A stretch of DNA of 37,784 nucleotides, from assembly GCA_947379685.1 (NCBI GenBank), contig CANCOG010000001.1:1-37784 (forward strand). The letters are read 5' to 3'. Source of the stretch: Flavipsychrobacter stenotrophus (lineage in GTDB: Bacteria; Bacteroidota; Bacteroidia; Chitinophagales; Chitinophagaceae). The translations under genes were made by a program, and so were the position numbers. This document shows, piece after piece, positions 19,074-28,922 of this stretch (position 1 is the first letter of the stretch; each line of letters starts with the position of its first letter). The notes beneath the pieces are model-generated. The model ran no database searches, had not been told where the DNA came from, and saw nothing but the letters and a program-made list of their open reading frames with translations.

Positions 19074-20000
19074 TTATTTTGAAAGTAACTTGATGTAAGC
19101 TGCACTGAAAGCAGGCGTGGGAATGCCCAGCCTTATCCCTTCACGAACTACATAACCGGTTAATGTCTCCAATTCTGTCAGGGATTTGCCGTTCAGAAAA
19201 TCACTGTGGAGTGATGACGTCGCTTCGTATGGCAGTGACCTTAGCTTGTTCAGTGTTTTACCGACAATGTCGCTATCTACCATTATACCTTTTGCCCGTG
19301 CCAAAGCAGCTACTTCTTCAATGAGTGCGGTAATTGCTCCTTCTTTTTCAGTAACCAGCTGCCCTATCCGAAGGTCGAAATACGACGTGGCCGTTGCAGT
19401 TGGCGCAATGAAAATAAATTTTTCCCAAACAACGGAGGAGATATTGTTGGACATCGTTGCTTCAATACCAGCGCTGGTAAATATTTGTTCAAGCAATTTA
19501 AGTTGGTTATTTGCAGGTCCATCTACGCCGAAAATCAACTTCTGGATATTCCCAACATTTTCAACCACCCCAGGCTCCTTAAGGCGGGCAACAATGTATG
19601 CGCACGCTGAAATTACTTTGGCATCAGGTAATACTTCAAGGATGCGTTCAACAGCGTCTACCCCATTTAGTAACGGCAACAAAACAGTGTCAGGTCCGAC
19701 GCAGGGTTTTATTTGCTCAATCGCCAGGTCTAAACTATAGGCTTTTGTACAGACAATTATAAAATCAGCTATGCCTACTGCATTTGCGTCATCGGTCGCC
19801 AAAGATGGTACAGCAACAAATTCATCCTGCCCTTTTATTACCCGAAGACCAGACTTTTGAATTTCATGAAGATGTGCTCCGCGTGCAATAAAAATCACTT
19901 CAATGTTCCCGTCGTTTTGGTAGCGACGCGCCAGTAAACCACCAAAGTACCCTCCTACTCCGCCAATGCCTACGATAACGATTTTTATTGTTTTGCCCAT
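19074..20000 (-). CDS. panE: 2-dehydropantoate 2-reductase (ApbA/PanE family)
   Basis: GIGGVGGYFG Rossmann motif, CTKAY, LLNG, WEKF and SSLHSD...ELE motifs. Confidence 0.88.
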   Translation of the reverse strand: MGKTIKIVIVGIGGVGGYFGGLLARRYQNDGNIEVIFIARGAHLHEIQKSGLRVIKGQDEFVAVPSLATDDANAVGIADFIIVCTKAYSLDLAIEQIKPCVGPDTVLLPLLNGVDAVERILEVLPDAKVISACAYIVARLKEPGVVENVGNIQKLIFGVDGPANNQLKLLEQIFTSAGIEATMSNNISSVVWEKFIFIAPTATATSYFDLRIGQLVTEKEGAITALIEEVAALARAKGIMVDSDIVGKTLNKLRSLPYEATSSLHSDFLNGKSLTELETLTGYVVREGIRLGIPTPAFSAAYIKLLSK

Positions 20001-20158
20001 ATTTATTTTCAGTTACTTCGTCTAAACTAGCGTATAATTCCAGAAAAAACGTCAATCCGGCTTAAATATTGCACAATACTGCCCTAAACGTCGTCTATCC
20101 CTAACTTTAGCTATCTATGTCTTTTGTCATTTGACTTTTAACTATTAACTTTTTAAAA

Positions 20159-20166
20159 TACCTTTG
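20159..20166 (+). promoter_or_regulatory. -7 promoter element of fbaB
   Basis: TACCTTTG, 26 nt upstream of the ATG, followed by an A-rich leader. Confidence 0.65.
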
Positions 20167-20192
20167 CACCCAAATTAAAAAAACCATCCTCT

Positions 20193-21251
20193 ATGGCATC
20201 TAACAAAATACAGGAATTATTAGGCGACAAAGCCGAGTACTACTTAGGCCACACGTGCCAGACAATTGACAAGTCTTCCATACACCTGCCCTCTCCAACG
20301 CACATTGATGACGTATGGTCTCAGAGCAATCGCAATATTCAAACTATTCGCAGCATTAATGCTTTGTCAGATAACGGACGTCTGGCCGGTACAGGTTATG
20401 TTTCCATACTTCCTGTTGACCAGGGTATAGAACATAGCGGTGGTGCATCATTCGCTCCAAACCCAATATACTTCGATCCTGAAAACATTGTAAAACTCGC
20501 TATAGAAGGTGGTTGCAACGCTGTTGCTTCTACTTATGGAGTTTTGGGTGCTGTTGCTCGCAAGTATGCACATAAGATCCCAATGATCGTAAAGATCAAC
20601 CACAACGAATTCATTTCTTACCCAAATAAGTTTGACCAGATCATGTTCGGCACCATTAAGGATGCATGGAACATGGGTGCTGTTGCCGTGGGTGCCACTA
20701 TTTACTTTGGTTCCGACGAAAGTGCACGCCAGATAGTAGAAGTAGCCAAGGCATTTGAATACGCTCACGAGTTAGGTATGGCCACCGTACTGTGGTGCTA
20801 CCTGCGTAACAGCGGCTTCAAAAAAGATGGTGTTGATTACCATGCTGCAGCTGACCTTACAGGCCAGGCAAACCACTTGGGCGTAACCATTCAGGCAGAC
20901 ATCATCAAGCAAAAATTACCAACAAACAATGGCGGCTACAATGCCATTAACTTTGGTAAGACGAGCAAGCTGGTTTATGATAAATTAACTACCGATCACC
21001 CGATAGACCTTTGCCGTTACCAGGTAGCAAATTGCTACATGGGCCGTGTAGGTCTTATTAACTCAGGTGGTGAATCTAAAGGCGCTACCGATATGGCAGA
21101 AGCAGTAATGACTGCAGTTGTTAACAAGCGTGCTGGCGGTATGGGTCTTATCAGCGGCCGTAAAGCATTCCAGAAACCAATGAACCAGGGAATAGAATTG
21201 CTGAATACAATTCAGGACGTTTACCTAGATAGCTCTGTTACAATAGCATAA
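20193..21251 (+). CDS. fbaB: Class I fructose-bisphosphate aldolase (DhnA type)
   Basis: [31 protein letters not shown] (Schiff-base lysine) and [10 protein letters not shown] motifs. Confidence 0.95.
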   Translation: MASNKIQELLGDKAEYYLGHTCQTIDKSSIHLPSPTHIDDVWSQSNRNIQTIRSINALSDNGRLAGTGYVSILPVDQGIEHSGGASFAPNPIYFDPENIVKLAIEGGCNAVASTYGVLGAVARKYAHKIPMIVKINHNEFISYPNKFDQIMFGTIKDAWNMGAVAVGATIYFGSDESARQIVEVAKAFEYAHELGMATVLWCYLRNSGFKKDGVDYHAAADLTGQANHLGVTIQADIIKQKLPTNNGGYNAINFGKTSKLVYDKLTTDHPIDLCRYQVANCYMGRVGLINSGGESKGATDMAEAVMTAVVNKRAGGMGLISGRKAFQKPMNQGIELLNTIQDVYLDSSVTIA

Positions 21252-21273
21252 TCTCAGTAAAAAATATCAATAA

Positions 21274-21313
21274 GCAATGGCGCACTTTTTAGAAGTGCGC
21301 CATTGTTGTTTTT
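21274..21313 (+). terminator. Rho-independent terminator of fbaB
   Basis: GCAATGGCGCACTT-loop-AAGTGCGCCATTGT followed by TGTTTTT. Confidence 0.85.
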
Positions 21314-21435
21314 AGACCTCCGGTCTTTTTACTTTCGCGACGAGGTAACGTCTTCAGTTCAGCCCTCTTCTTCACTTGATATTATCTGGGTTCGATGCCC
21401 TTCGAACCATAACTATCTGGAACATGTCAAAACAT

Positions 21436-21468
21436 AAAAAAGCCGGCTCAAATGCTTTTGAGCCGGCT
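21436..21468 (-). terminator. Rho-independent terminator of the reprolysin-like gene
   Basis: AGCCGGCTCAAA-TGCT-TTTGAGCCGGCT with an adjacent A-tract (U-tract on the minus strand), 23 nt after the stop codon. Confidence 0.85.
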
Positions 21469-21491
21469 CCTAATTTTGAATTAATTGGACA

Positions 21492-23825
21492 CTATTCTAT
21501 CACAAAAGACTTAACAGTATTGTCACCGTCTTCCGCACAAAGCAATTGAATATGATAAACTCCTTTAGCCCATGTGGTAACAGAGATGTCTGAGTGACCT
21601 TCAAATTGACCCTGCCAAACCGACTGGCCAAGCACATTATAGACAATTGCGGTAACTTGTTTGTTAGCCGGAGTTGTAATATGCAACGTCTCAGAGGCTG
21701 GTACCGGATACAATTTAGTTTCATTAGCCAGGCTATTTACCTGGGCAACACCACTTCCAGATGTTGGGGCACCGGTATTATGAGTCACGGTAATGTCCTT
21801 GCCATTAATATTAAAGAAAACGTTACCACTACCCTTTACTTTAAATCTAACAGTAGTAGACGTAGTTGCCGGGTTGGGCACATTTATAGTGGCAGTTCCA
21901 GTATTTGGGAACGTGCCAACCGTGTAAGGCCATGAATGCCCACCGTCAGTAGACATGTAAATGATCACGTTGGAACAACTAACTGGAGCAACATCTGTTC
22001 CCGCTTTATCCCATGTAATAGTTTGCGATGTAGCCCCGTTGTAAGAAATACCTGTGGAATTCTGACTGGTAACGCCAAACCCTTTGAAAGTTGGTGTTTG
22101 AACAGCGTCGAGATGTATGGTATCATCAGGGAACAGGAAGCAGCCTTTGCCGTTCATGATATCACGCACTACCATCTTGAAGGTAAGGAAACGAGCAGTG
22201 TCGGGCACTTTCTCACCTTCAGCACCTTCTACTCCGGCATTGCTGAGGGTGCCATTAAGCACCATGCTCAACTTAGGGAAAATGCGGCTGGGATTATACA
22301 CTGGCTGATAAGACCTGAAAATAGGACCTCTTTTAAACGTGTTCACCAATTGTTTACCAAAGTCGCCGAGGTTCCATTGCGCCCAGCAATAAGTAGTTGC
22401 TGTATCGGCCACTGAGTCAACAGCCGTTGGTCCTGTTAGTTCAAATGGTGTTTTGTAAGGAATAGTATAGTTGGCGCTAAAAGTTGCCAGACTAACAAGT
22501 TTATTACCGGTAGAAGTTGCAGTTGCACAGGCATTTTCAGAACCTGTAAGTTTAGTATATATCTGTACAAGACTTGAAGCACTGAAATAAGGATCGCTGT
22601 GCATCTGCAAATCATCAGGACTGCAAATGCCTGCATAATCCATTATTGTAGCTCCGCTACCTGGCTCATAAGCAGTTGTATTAACTGCATTGCCACCACA
22701 ACTACCATCAGCATTATTGTTGAACGTATGTTCGGAACCAAACTCGTGGCCCATTTCGTGCGCTACGTAATCTATGTCGTAACCATCACCAACAGGTGTA
22801 GGGCTTCCAGTTACGCTTCTACCCTTTGAACCTGTGTTACACACTACGCCAAGGCTGGAGATACCACCGCCACCAGTGGTGAAAACATGCCCCAGATCGA
22901 AATTTCCACTTCCAATTCTGTTCGTACACTGAGTCTGGTTAACACCAAGGCATGAAGTTCCGCTACCATCAATACTATAGAAAGGATCGGTACCATTCTT
23001 ACTACCAGTATGTGTTGGCCATATCAGGGTATCCTCGTGAGCACAGAAATTCATATGGACAGCAAACTCCCGCTCATAGACACCATTGATCCTGTTCATA
23101 GACGTAGTCATTTTGCTGAATGATGCGGCAATCGTAGGTGTTGTCATCCCAGTCGCAGCAGCACAATACCAACTGTCGGCTGACAAAGCCAGATCGTAGG
23201 TACGCAAGTTCCAGCCACCAGCTGTGCGCTGTGCGAGCTTTGGCAAACCCTTCTGCGCAATATCCATGCTTTCCCCGGCCGGGCCGTCTTCGTCATGACC
23301 TTTAACTTCACACTTCATCCTCTTGCTCATATCACGGTACTCATCTCTCTTATAGTGCACCATGTAAAAGCCATCATGAAAATTGTCATAAGGGTCGATC
23401 ATGCAGGTGTTTTCACCATCAAATATCATTGCGTGAAACCCGTAAAGTGTAAAATCAAGTTTGGCTGTTACTCTTGGGTCATTGGTTGCAACAGCTGAAA
23501 ATGTCTTTATTTCAGGATACTTTGCGGCCATTTCGTCATGCATCATTGGACTTTGCCAAACCTTAAAACTCCTGAAAGTCCCATCTGGCATGGGCAGTTC
23601 AACTATCATGCCTTCATCCGGGTTAACAGACAACCCAAACATCTGGATCTTGATCCACGACTCATTGAAAGTAAATACCTTGTATTTCAAAGGATGAAAC
23701 ACTTGAACATCGGTAGACGGGGCTTGAGACAGGGGAACAGGTTGCCACAAACTACTTCCAGCCAAGGCGACTTTGCCCGATAGGAGGCCGGAGATCAAAC
23801 TCACGCAAATAAGAAACTTTTTCAT
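21492..23825 (-). CDS. Reprolysin-like (M12B) zinc metallopeptidase with T9SS type A C-terminal domain
   Basis: Signal peptide, prodomain, HEMGHEFGSEH zinc motif, EPGSGATIMDYAG Met-turn, C-terminal LYPVPA...YNVLGQ...GVYHIQ...KSFVIE. Confidence 0.9.
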   Translation of the reverse strand: MKKFLICVSLISGLLSGKVALAGSSLWQPVPLSQAPSTDVQVFHPLKYKVFTFNESWIKIQMFGLSVNPDEGMIVELPMPDGTFRSFKVWQSPMMHDEMAAKYPEIKTFSAVATNDPRVTAKLDFTLYGFHAMIFDGENTCMIDPYDNFHDGFYMVHYKRDEYRDMSKRMKCEVKGHDEDGPAGESMDIAQKGLPKLAQRTAGGWNLRTYDLALSADSWYCAAATGMTTPTIAASFSKMTTSMNRINGVYEREFAVHMNFCAHEDTLIWPTHTGSKNGTDPFYSIDGSGTSCLGVNQTQCTNRIGSGNFDLGHVFTTGGGGISSLGVVCNTGSKGRSVTGSPTPVGDGYDIDYVAHEMGHEFGSEHTFNNNADGSCGGNAVNTTAYEPGSGATIMDYAGICSPDDLQMHSDPYFSASSLVQIYTKLTGSENACATATSTGNKLVSLATFSANYTIPYKTPFELTGPTAVDSVADTATTYCWAQWNLGDFGKQLVNTFKRGPIFRSYQPVYNPSRIFPKLSMVLNGTLSNAGVEGAEGEKVPDTARFLTFKMVVRDIMNGKGCFLFPDDTIHLDAVQTPTFKGFGVTSQNSTGISYNGATSQTITWDKAGTDVAPVSCSNVIIYMSTDGGHSWPYTVGTFPNTGTATINVPNPATTSTTVRFKVKGSGNVFFNINGKDITVTHNTGAPTSGSGVAQVNSLANETKLYPVPASETLHITTPANKQVTAIVYNVLGQSVWQGQFEGHSDISVTTWAKGVYHIQLLCAEDGDNTVKSFVIE

Positions 23826-23970
23826 TGAAATTTGGAAGATTAATATTTAGAAGAACTTTTTGACTCGCTCACTTATTGAACCTGCAAGTTAGGTAGATTT
23901 AATAAAAATATAAAAAATAAGTGGCGAAAATTGACTATCAAGTGACCAACTTTGTATTTTAGCATTAACA

Positions 23971-24429
23971 ATGGAAACAACCTTAATAAAACTGAGTTAC
24001 AACCTACTAAATATAGGGATAGCTTCTCATCAGTTTTGGGAAAAGCTGCGGGACAACCGCATTTTTGCATTCAGCGGAGAAATGAGCGCAGGCAAAACAA
24101 CTTTTATTCACACGCTTTGTGACTACCTGAAAGTGGAAGATGTTGTGAGCAGCCCGACTTTTTCGTTGATCAATGAATACCATTTTACTGAGCAAGGCAA
24201 ACCATCCATTATATACCACATGGACTGGTACCGCATCAAGAATGTGGAAGAAGCAATCTCTGCTGGAATCGAAGATTGCATTGCACAGGCGAAACTGAAT
24301 AATAATATTTACTGCTTTATTGAATGGCCGGAAAAGGCCCTGCCACTGCTTCCTAAATCTGCGCTCTGGATAAAAATTGAAACTGACGATATCACTGAAA
24401 GAACCATGACGGTTGGCCAAGTAGATTAG
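23971..24429 (+). CDS. tsaE: tRNA threonylcarbamoyladenosine biosynthesis ATPase TsaE
   Basis: GEMSAGKTT Walker A, VSSPTFSLINEY, YHMDWYR and FIEWPE motifs. Confidence 0.95.
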   Translation: METTLIKLSYNLLNIGIASHQFWEKLRDNRIFAFSGEMSAGKTTFIHTLCDYLKVEDVVSSPTFSLINEYHFTEQGKPSIIYHMDWYRIKNVEEAISAGIEDCIAQAKLNNNIYCFIEWPEKALPLLPKSALWIKIETDDITERTMTVGQVD

Positions 24430-24525
24430 CCGGGCAGCAGCCTTGCTACAGGTATCTGCACAATACAAAGCTTAATTTTTAACTAATTTGCAGTGATTGG
24501 AGCAACTCACCCAATTAGTTTATAC

Positions 24526-24533
24526 TATATTTG
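24526..24533 (+). promoter_or_regulatory. -7 promoter element of lspA-zapA
   Basis: TATATTTG; supports an lspA start at TTG 24565. Confidence 0.6.
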
Positions 24534-24564
24534 CCCAAACTTTATAAAACAAACCAAAAGCGAT

Positions 24565-25260
24565 TTGAAGTACCGTAACGCCATATTCATTGTACTCCTG
24601 ATTATTATTGCTGACCAGGCATTGAAAATTTTCATTAAAACTCATTTTTGTAATGGTGATGATGTAAAAATGCTCGGAGGCTGGTTTCATTTGCATTTTA
24701 TTGAAAATGAAGGGATGGCCTATGGGCTTAAGATCAGCGAATCCGTTATTGGGAAGCTGTTGCTTTCTTCATTCAGGCTTGTTGCCGTAGTTTTCGGTTT
24801 TTACTTGTTGAAAAGGCTCATTACCAAGGGATACGGTAAGGGCATCATCATCTGCGGTTCGCTTATTCTTGCGGGAGCCCTTGGCAACCTCATTGACAGT
24901 ATTTTTTACGGACTTATTTTCACTAACAGTCCTGCCTCCTGTTTTTCTGGCAGTTATGACAATTTCACCACAATGCTGCAAAACCAGAACCGGGAAGCAG
25001 TGGCACATTTCTGCAAGTTTGGTGCAGGTTATGGCAAGATTTTGCAAGGCAAGGTGGTGGACATGCTTTATTTTCCTGTAATTGATTTACAAATGCCAGC
25101 CAAAGTACCATTTCTGGGTGGTAAGCAGTTTGTATTCTTCGAACCAGTGTTTAACATTGCCGACGCTGCAATCTCCGTTGGTGTAATTACATTGGTTCTT
25201 TTTCAAAAGAGTTTTTTAACTAAAAAAAGTGCTGAGACTACAGCAATTCCGCAGATATGA
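24565..25260 (+). CDS. lspA: Lipoprotein signal peptidase II
   Basis: ADQALK, ENEGMAYG, GALGNLID, VVDM and VFNIAD motifs; start revised from 24493 to the in-frame TTG at 24565. Confidence 0.93.
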   Translation: MKYRNAIFIVLLIIIADQALKIFIKTHFCNGDDVKMLGGWFHLHFIENEGMAYGLKISESVIGKLLLSSFRLVAVVFGFYLLKRLITKGYGKGIIICGSLILAGALGNLIDSIFYGLIFTNSPASCFSGSYDNFTTMLQNQNREAVAHFCKFGAGYGKILQGKVVDMLYFPVIDLQMPAKVPFLGGKQFVFFEPVFNIADAAISVGVITLVLFQKSFLTKKSAETTAIPQI

Positions 25261-25577
25261 GTGAAGAGCTGATGCCTATTAATATTTGGCTTGCAGGACG
25301 CAGTTATCGCCTGCGCATTAAATCTGAAGAAGAATCAGCTATCCGCAAAGCTGTTAAACTGGCCGACGATAAGATCGCCGAAATGAAACGCGCATATGCA
25401 GGCAAGGACATTCAGGACTTTATGGCAATGGTGTTGCTTTCCTACGCGGCAGATACAGCTGTTGACGCTCTAAATAATCCATTGCTGAAGGCAGAGTTGG
25501 AAAAGATGGGCAATAAGATTGATAAGGCCTTGAAGATTGAGGCCGTTGAAGCAATAGCAGCTCCAGCCGAGAATTAA
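25257..25577 (+). CDS. zapA: Cell division protein ZapA
   Basis: INIWLAGRSYRLRI...EEESAIRKA...KDIQDFMAM plus a coiled-coil tail; ATGA overlap with lspA. Confidence 0.88.
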   Translation: MSEELMPINIWLAGRSYRLRIKSEEESAIRKAVKLADDKIAEMKRAYAGKDIQDFMAMVLLSYAADTAVDALNNPLLKAELEKMGNKIDKALKIEAVEAIAAPAEN

Positions 25578-26146
25578 TCCCGCAACACCAGTAGCCCCCC
25601 ATTATCATCAATCCGCACAATTCGCGACGGTGGCCGTTTAGTACTGTCATCCTGTCTGTGCCTTACTACATAGTCAGCTCCTGTAATAATTGCACGGTCA
25701 ATATCAACAAACAATTCCGGCGTTGGTTGCCCGCTCAGGTTAGCGGACGTGGAAATTATTGGTTTGCGTAAACGCTTGATGAGCGCCTTACAAAACGGGT
25801 CCGATGTTACTCTAATCGCAACGCTTCCGTCTCGCCCCAGCACATTGGAGGGAAAATCCAGCCCTCCATCATAAACCACAGTCGTGGGCCGTTCAAATCT
25901 TTCTACAATTGAAATAATGTCGGGATGAGGGGCCGCAACAAATTGAATCACGTCCCTGGCTTCTGCCAGCAATATGATCATGCTTTTATTGGCAGGCCGC
26001 TGTTTCAACGCAAAAACCCTTTCAACTGCCTCCGCATTCAGGGCATCGCAACCCAGGCCCCATACGGTTTCAGTGGGGTAGAGAATCACACCGCCTTCAT
26101 TTAACGCCTTTACGCAGTTTTTTATGTCGTCTTCGAAATCCACCAT
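25574..26146 (-). CDS. tsaC: L-threonylcarbamoyladenylate synthase (YrdC/Sua5 family)
   Basis: YPTETVWGLGCD, LKQR..NKS, VAIR and STSANLSG motifs; overlaps the 3' end of the GT9 gene by 25 nt. Confidence 0.93.
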   Translation of the reverse strand: MVDFEDDIKNCVKALNEGGVILYPTETVWGLGCDALNAEAVERVFALKQRPANKSMIILLAEARDVIQFVAAPHPDIISIVERFERPTTVVYDGGLDFPSNVLGRDGSVAIRVTSDPFCKALIKRLRKPIISTSANLSGQPTPELFVDIDRAIITGADYVVRHRQDDSTKRPPSRIVRIDDNGGLLVLRD

Positions 26147-27132
26147 AACAACTGTTCATTTTTAATATCTACAGCACATTTAAAATGCCCTTCAGGACAA
26201 CGTTTTCTTCCATGTATCCCGCACGGTTTGCAATATAACTCGTAATCTATTTCTACAATCTTCGAGTTTTCGCTCTGGGGGCCAAAACCGTAGGAAGAAA
26301 TAGTGGAACAAAACACACCGGTTACGGGCGCATTCATGGCTGACGCAAAATGTAGTGGTGCCGAATCATTGGCATAATTCATGGCAGCACCCTTCATCAA
26401 AGCAGCCGACTGCAGGTAGCTAAGCTTTCCACAAAGGTTCTCGCCGCGTTTGCTGGTTGTTTGTATCATTATAGACTCGCCAAGTTCCTTATCATCCGGC
26501 CCGCCAATAATGTAAATCTTAAACTTTTCCGGCAGTAACTCCATCAGTGTTGCCCAGCGTTCTACCGGGAAGCGTTTGGTAAACCATACAGACGATGGCG
26601 CGATGCAGATGTAAGGCTCATCCTGATATTGCCTGACAAAATCGAAATCGGCAACCGATGGGTGCAATTTTGGCAGAGTGGGCTTATCGTCCGTGATATC
26701 GGCAATCAGTAACTGATATCGCTCCGTTTCCATGATAAACTCCTTACTGTAAGGCGCAGCTATGTCATGCGGAGCACTTTTTGTAAATGAGAATGCAAAA
26801 GGGTTTTTATTGAACCCAGCTGTGTAGCCTGCACCGGAGAGAAACATTACAAACCCAGAAGTCGGAAATCTGTGCGGACTAATGATATGCGTATAATGCT
26901 CCTTACGCACGCGCATCGCCATTTTCAGCAGGTTTCGCTTTTTCTGATGACGTTTGTTCCATATCAGCACATTGGTAATATAGGGGTGATTTTCCAGCAA
27001 CCCTTCGTTACCCTTACGTAACAGGAAATCAATTTGTGAGTCAGGGTAAAACTGGTGCAATTTTTCTACTATGGCCGTAGCCAAAACGACATCACCGGTA
27101 AATGCAGTTTGTATAACCAAAAATTTATACAT
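26122..27132 (-). CDS. Glycosyltransferase family 9 (heptosyltransferase-like)
   Basis: IQTAFTGDVVL, APSSVWFTKR, NDSAPLHFASA and C-terminal CKPCGIHG..CP.GHFKC; ATG 27132 preferred. Confidence 0.9.
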   Translation of the reverse strand: MYKFLVIQTAFTGDVVLATAIVEKLHQFYPDSQIDFLLRKGNEGLLENHPYITNVLIWNKRHQKKRNLLKMAMRVRKEHYTHIISPHRFPTSGFVMFLSGAGYTAGFNKNPFAFSFTKSAPHDIAAPYSKEFIMETERYQLLIADITDDKPTLPKLHPSVADFDFVRQYQDEPYICIAPSSVWFTKRFPVERWATLMELLPEKFKIYIIGGPDDKELGESIMIQTTSKRGENLCGKLSYLQSAALMKGAAMNYANDSAPLHFASAMNAPVTGVFCSTISSYGFGPQSENSKIVEIDYELYCKPCGIHGRKRCPEGHFKCAVDIKNEQLLWWISKTT

Positions 27133-27138
27133 CGGCCG

Positions 27139-27146
27139 CAAAACTA
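27139..27146 (-). promoter_or_regulatory. -7 promoter element of GT9-tsaC (probably leaderless)
   Basis: TAGTTTTG 6 nt before ATG 27132. Confidence 0.6.
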
Positions 27147-27257
27147 CGACAGAATGTGTTTTCAGAAGGTTTTAACAATAAAAATATTCGAAATTCAGAA
27201 ATTTGGTACTAAATTTGTTTTACATCTTTTGTAACCTTAAAATTAAAATTAGGAAAA

Positions 27258-27791
27258 ATGAAAAAGCTGATTCTATTACTGGGCGTAGTACTTGTGTTTG
27301 GTACCATTGCCGAAGCCAAGGACAAAAAGAAGAAAAAAACAGAAACTACAGATCAGGCATTACAGCTGAATAATAGTACCGCTCTTCCTACAACCAATGG
27401 CACCCCGTCCGCTGCGCCATCTACGACGCTCAAATCTGACGATATGGCGTTCGGTGATTTGACGCACGATTTCGGGACAGTATTAGAAGGCCCCGATGCA
27501 ACCTGCAAATTTACGTTTGTAAACAAAGGCACTGAGCCGATCATTGTTCAGAAAGCACAGGCTTCTTGCGGTTGTACAGTACCAACCTATTCCAAAGAGC
27601 CAATTGCACCAGGACAGCAGGGCACAATTGATGTAGCATTTCATACTGCCGGCAAACCAGCGGGAGCATTTAATAAGACGATTACCGTTACATCTAACGC
27701 AGGCGTTAAGGTGCTTAATATAAAGGGAAGTGTTGAAAAAGCTCCGGCTTCTTCAGTACCTGAGAATACATCAATGATCAAAACAAACTAG
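27258..27791 (+). CDS. DUF1573 domain exported protein (copy 1)
   Basis: Signal peptide; HDFG...F.F.NKG..P.I....ASCGCTVP....PIAPG..G.I.V. Confidence 0.88.
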   Translation: MKKLILLLGVVLVFGTIAEAKDKKKKKTETTDQALQLNNSTALPTTNGTPSAAPSTTLKSDDMAFGDLTHDFGTVLEGPDATCKFTFVNKGTEPIIVQKAQASCGCTVPTYSKEPIAPGQQGTIDVAFHTAGKPAGAFNKTITVTSNAGVKVLNIKGSVEKAPASSVPENTSMIKTN

Positions 27792-27836
27792 TAACACCGA
27801 TTAAACAATAAATTTTAACCACTCAATAAATCAAAA

Positions 27837-28379
27837 ATGAAGAAAGTTGTTATTACGCTTTTCTGCCTGTCGATATGCACATTGGCTGTAAGAGCACAGG
27901 ATAAGAAAGGTCAGGTTCCACCTCCTCCGGTGCCAGCACCACAACAGGCAGCTCCCGTTGCCGCACCAGATCCTGATGCAGGTGTTTTCAAATTTTCGGA
28001 TAAAGACAATACGCACGATTACGGCGAAGTTCCGGAAGGCCCGACAGCTGAATACGATTTTGAATTTAAGAATACGGGTAAAAAACCAATCATCATCACA
28101 GAAGCACATGGTTCGTGCGGATGTACGGTTCCAAAATGGCCTACTGAGCCAATTTTGCCTAAGAAAAAAGGTGTTATTCACGTAACTTACAACACTGATC
28201 ACCGCACTGGTCCTATCAGCAAGGAAGTTACTATCACTTCAAATGCATCAGAAAAACAAACGGTATTACATATCAGGGGTACAGTGAAACCAAGGCCTAC
28301 AAGCAATTCTACTGCAGCGCCAGTTCCACCGCCACCACCAGCTCCGGCTCCGGCTCCAGTTCCGGCTCCAGGACATTAA
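27837..28379 (+). CDS. DUF1573 domain exported protein (copy 2, Pro-rich flanks)
   Basis: Signal peptide A|Q; HDYG...NTGKKPIII..AHGSCGCTVPKWP.EPILP; Pro/Ala-rich tails. Confidence 0.88.
   Translation: MKKVVITLFCLSICTLAVRAQDKKGQVPPPPVPAPQQAAPVAAPDPDAGVFKFSDKDNTHDYGEVPEGPTAEYDFEFKNTGKKPIIITEAHGSCGCTVPKWPTEPILPKKKGVIHVTYNTDHRTGPISKEVTITSNASEKQTVLHIRGTVKPRPTSNSTAAPVPPPPPAPAPAPVPAPGH
28341..28370 (+). repeat. Coding hexamer repeat (GCTCCG-like x5) encoding APAPAPVPAP
   Basis: gctccg gctccg gctcca gttccg gctcca. Confidence 0.7.
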
Positions 28380-28393
28380 TTTACAGTATTTCA

Positions 28394-28430
28394 GCTATGC
28401 CACACCTCTAAAACGTGTGGCATAGTTTTG
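28394..28430 (+). terminator. Intergenic hairpin or weak terminator between DUF1573 copies 2 and 3
   Basis: GCTATGCCACAC-9 nt-GTGTGGCATAGT followed by TTTG. Confidence 0.6.
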
Positions 28431-28449
28431 TAAAACAAAAACAACTTCC

Positions 28450-28878
28450 ATGAAGAAAATCCTATTTATAGCATCATGCCTGCTTTTCACAGGCGTAGTG
28501 AACGTGAGCGCTCAAAATAGCCGGCAAGAAGCACTACCATCGACTCAGAAAGTAGAAGGTCCTATGTTCAAGTTTAAGGATGGCGACACTTTCGACTTTG
28601 GCGAGATCGCTTCCGGCCCCGATGCAATTCATGAATTTTCATTTGTGAACACCGGTAACCAGCCACTTATTATTATTGATGCAAAGCCATCATGCAGTTG
28701 TACTACACCGGAATGGCCCAAAGAACCAATATTACCCGGAGCCACTGGCGTAATAAAGGTTGGCTATCACACCACTAAAGCCGGCCCATTTAACAAGGAG
28801 GTGTATATTCAGTCTAACGCCATTATTCCATCGGGGGAGAGGAGATACACTATCTACATAAAAGGACAGGTTAAATAA
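28450..28878 (+). CDS. DUF1573 domain exported protein (copy 3)
   Basis: Signal peptide A|Q; FDFG...NTGNQPLII..AKPSCSCTTPEWPKEPILPG. Confidence 0.88.
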   Translation: MKKILFIASCLLFTGVVNVSAQNSRQEALPSTQKVEGPMFKFKDGDTFDFGEIASGPDAIHEFSFVNTGNQPLIIIDAKPSCSCTTPEWPKEPILPGATGVIKVGYHTTKAGPFNKEVYIQSNAIIPSGERRYTIYIKGQVK

Positions 28879-28897
28879 CAAATCAATACCACATTGC

Positions 28898-28922
28898 AAG
28901 CCCCGTTCTCCGGGGCTTTTTT
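28898..28922 (+). terminator. Rho-independent terminator of the DUF1573 cluster
   Basis: AAGCCCCG-TTCTC-CGGGGCTTTTTT. Confidence 0.85.

Noticed and set aside
21387-21408. GGGTTCGATGCCC resembling a tRNA T-arm
   Set aside because: No acceptor, D or anticodon stems; it is just a GGTTCGA/TCGAACC hairpin between two convergent terminators.
25574-25600. 6S RNA downstream of zapA
   Set aside because: The zapA stop overlaps the tsaC stop, so there is no intergenic space.
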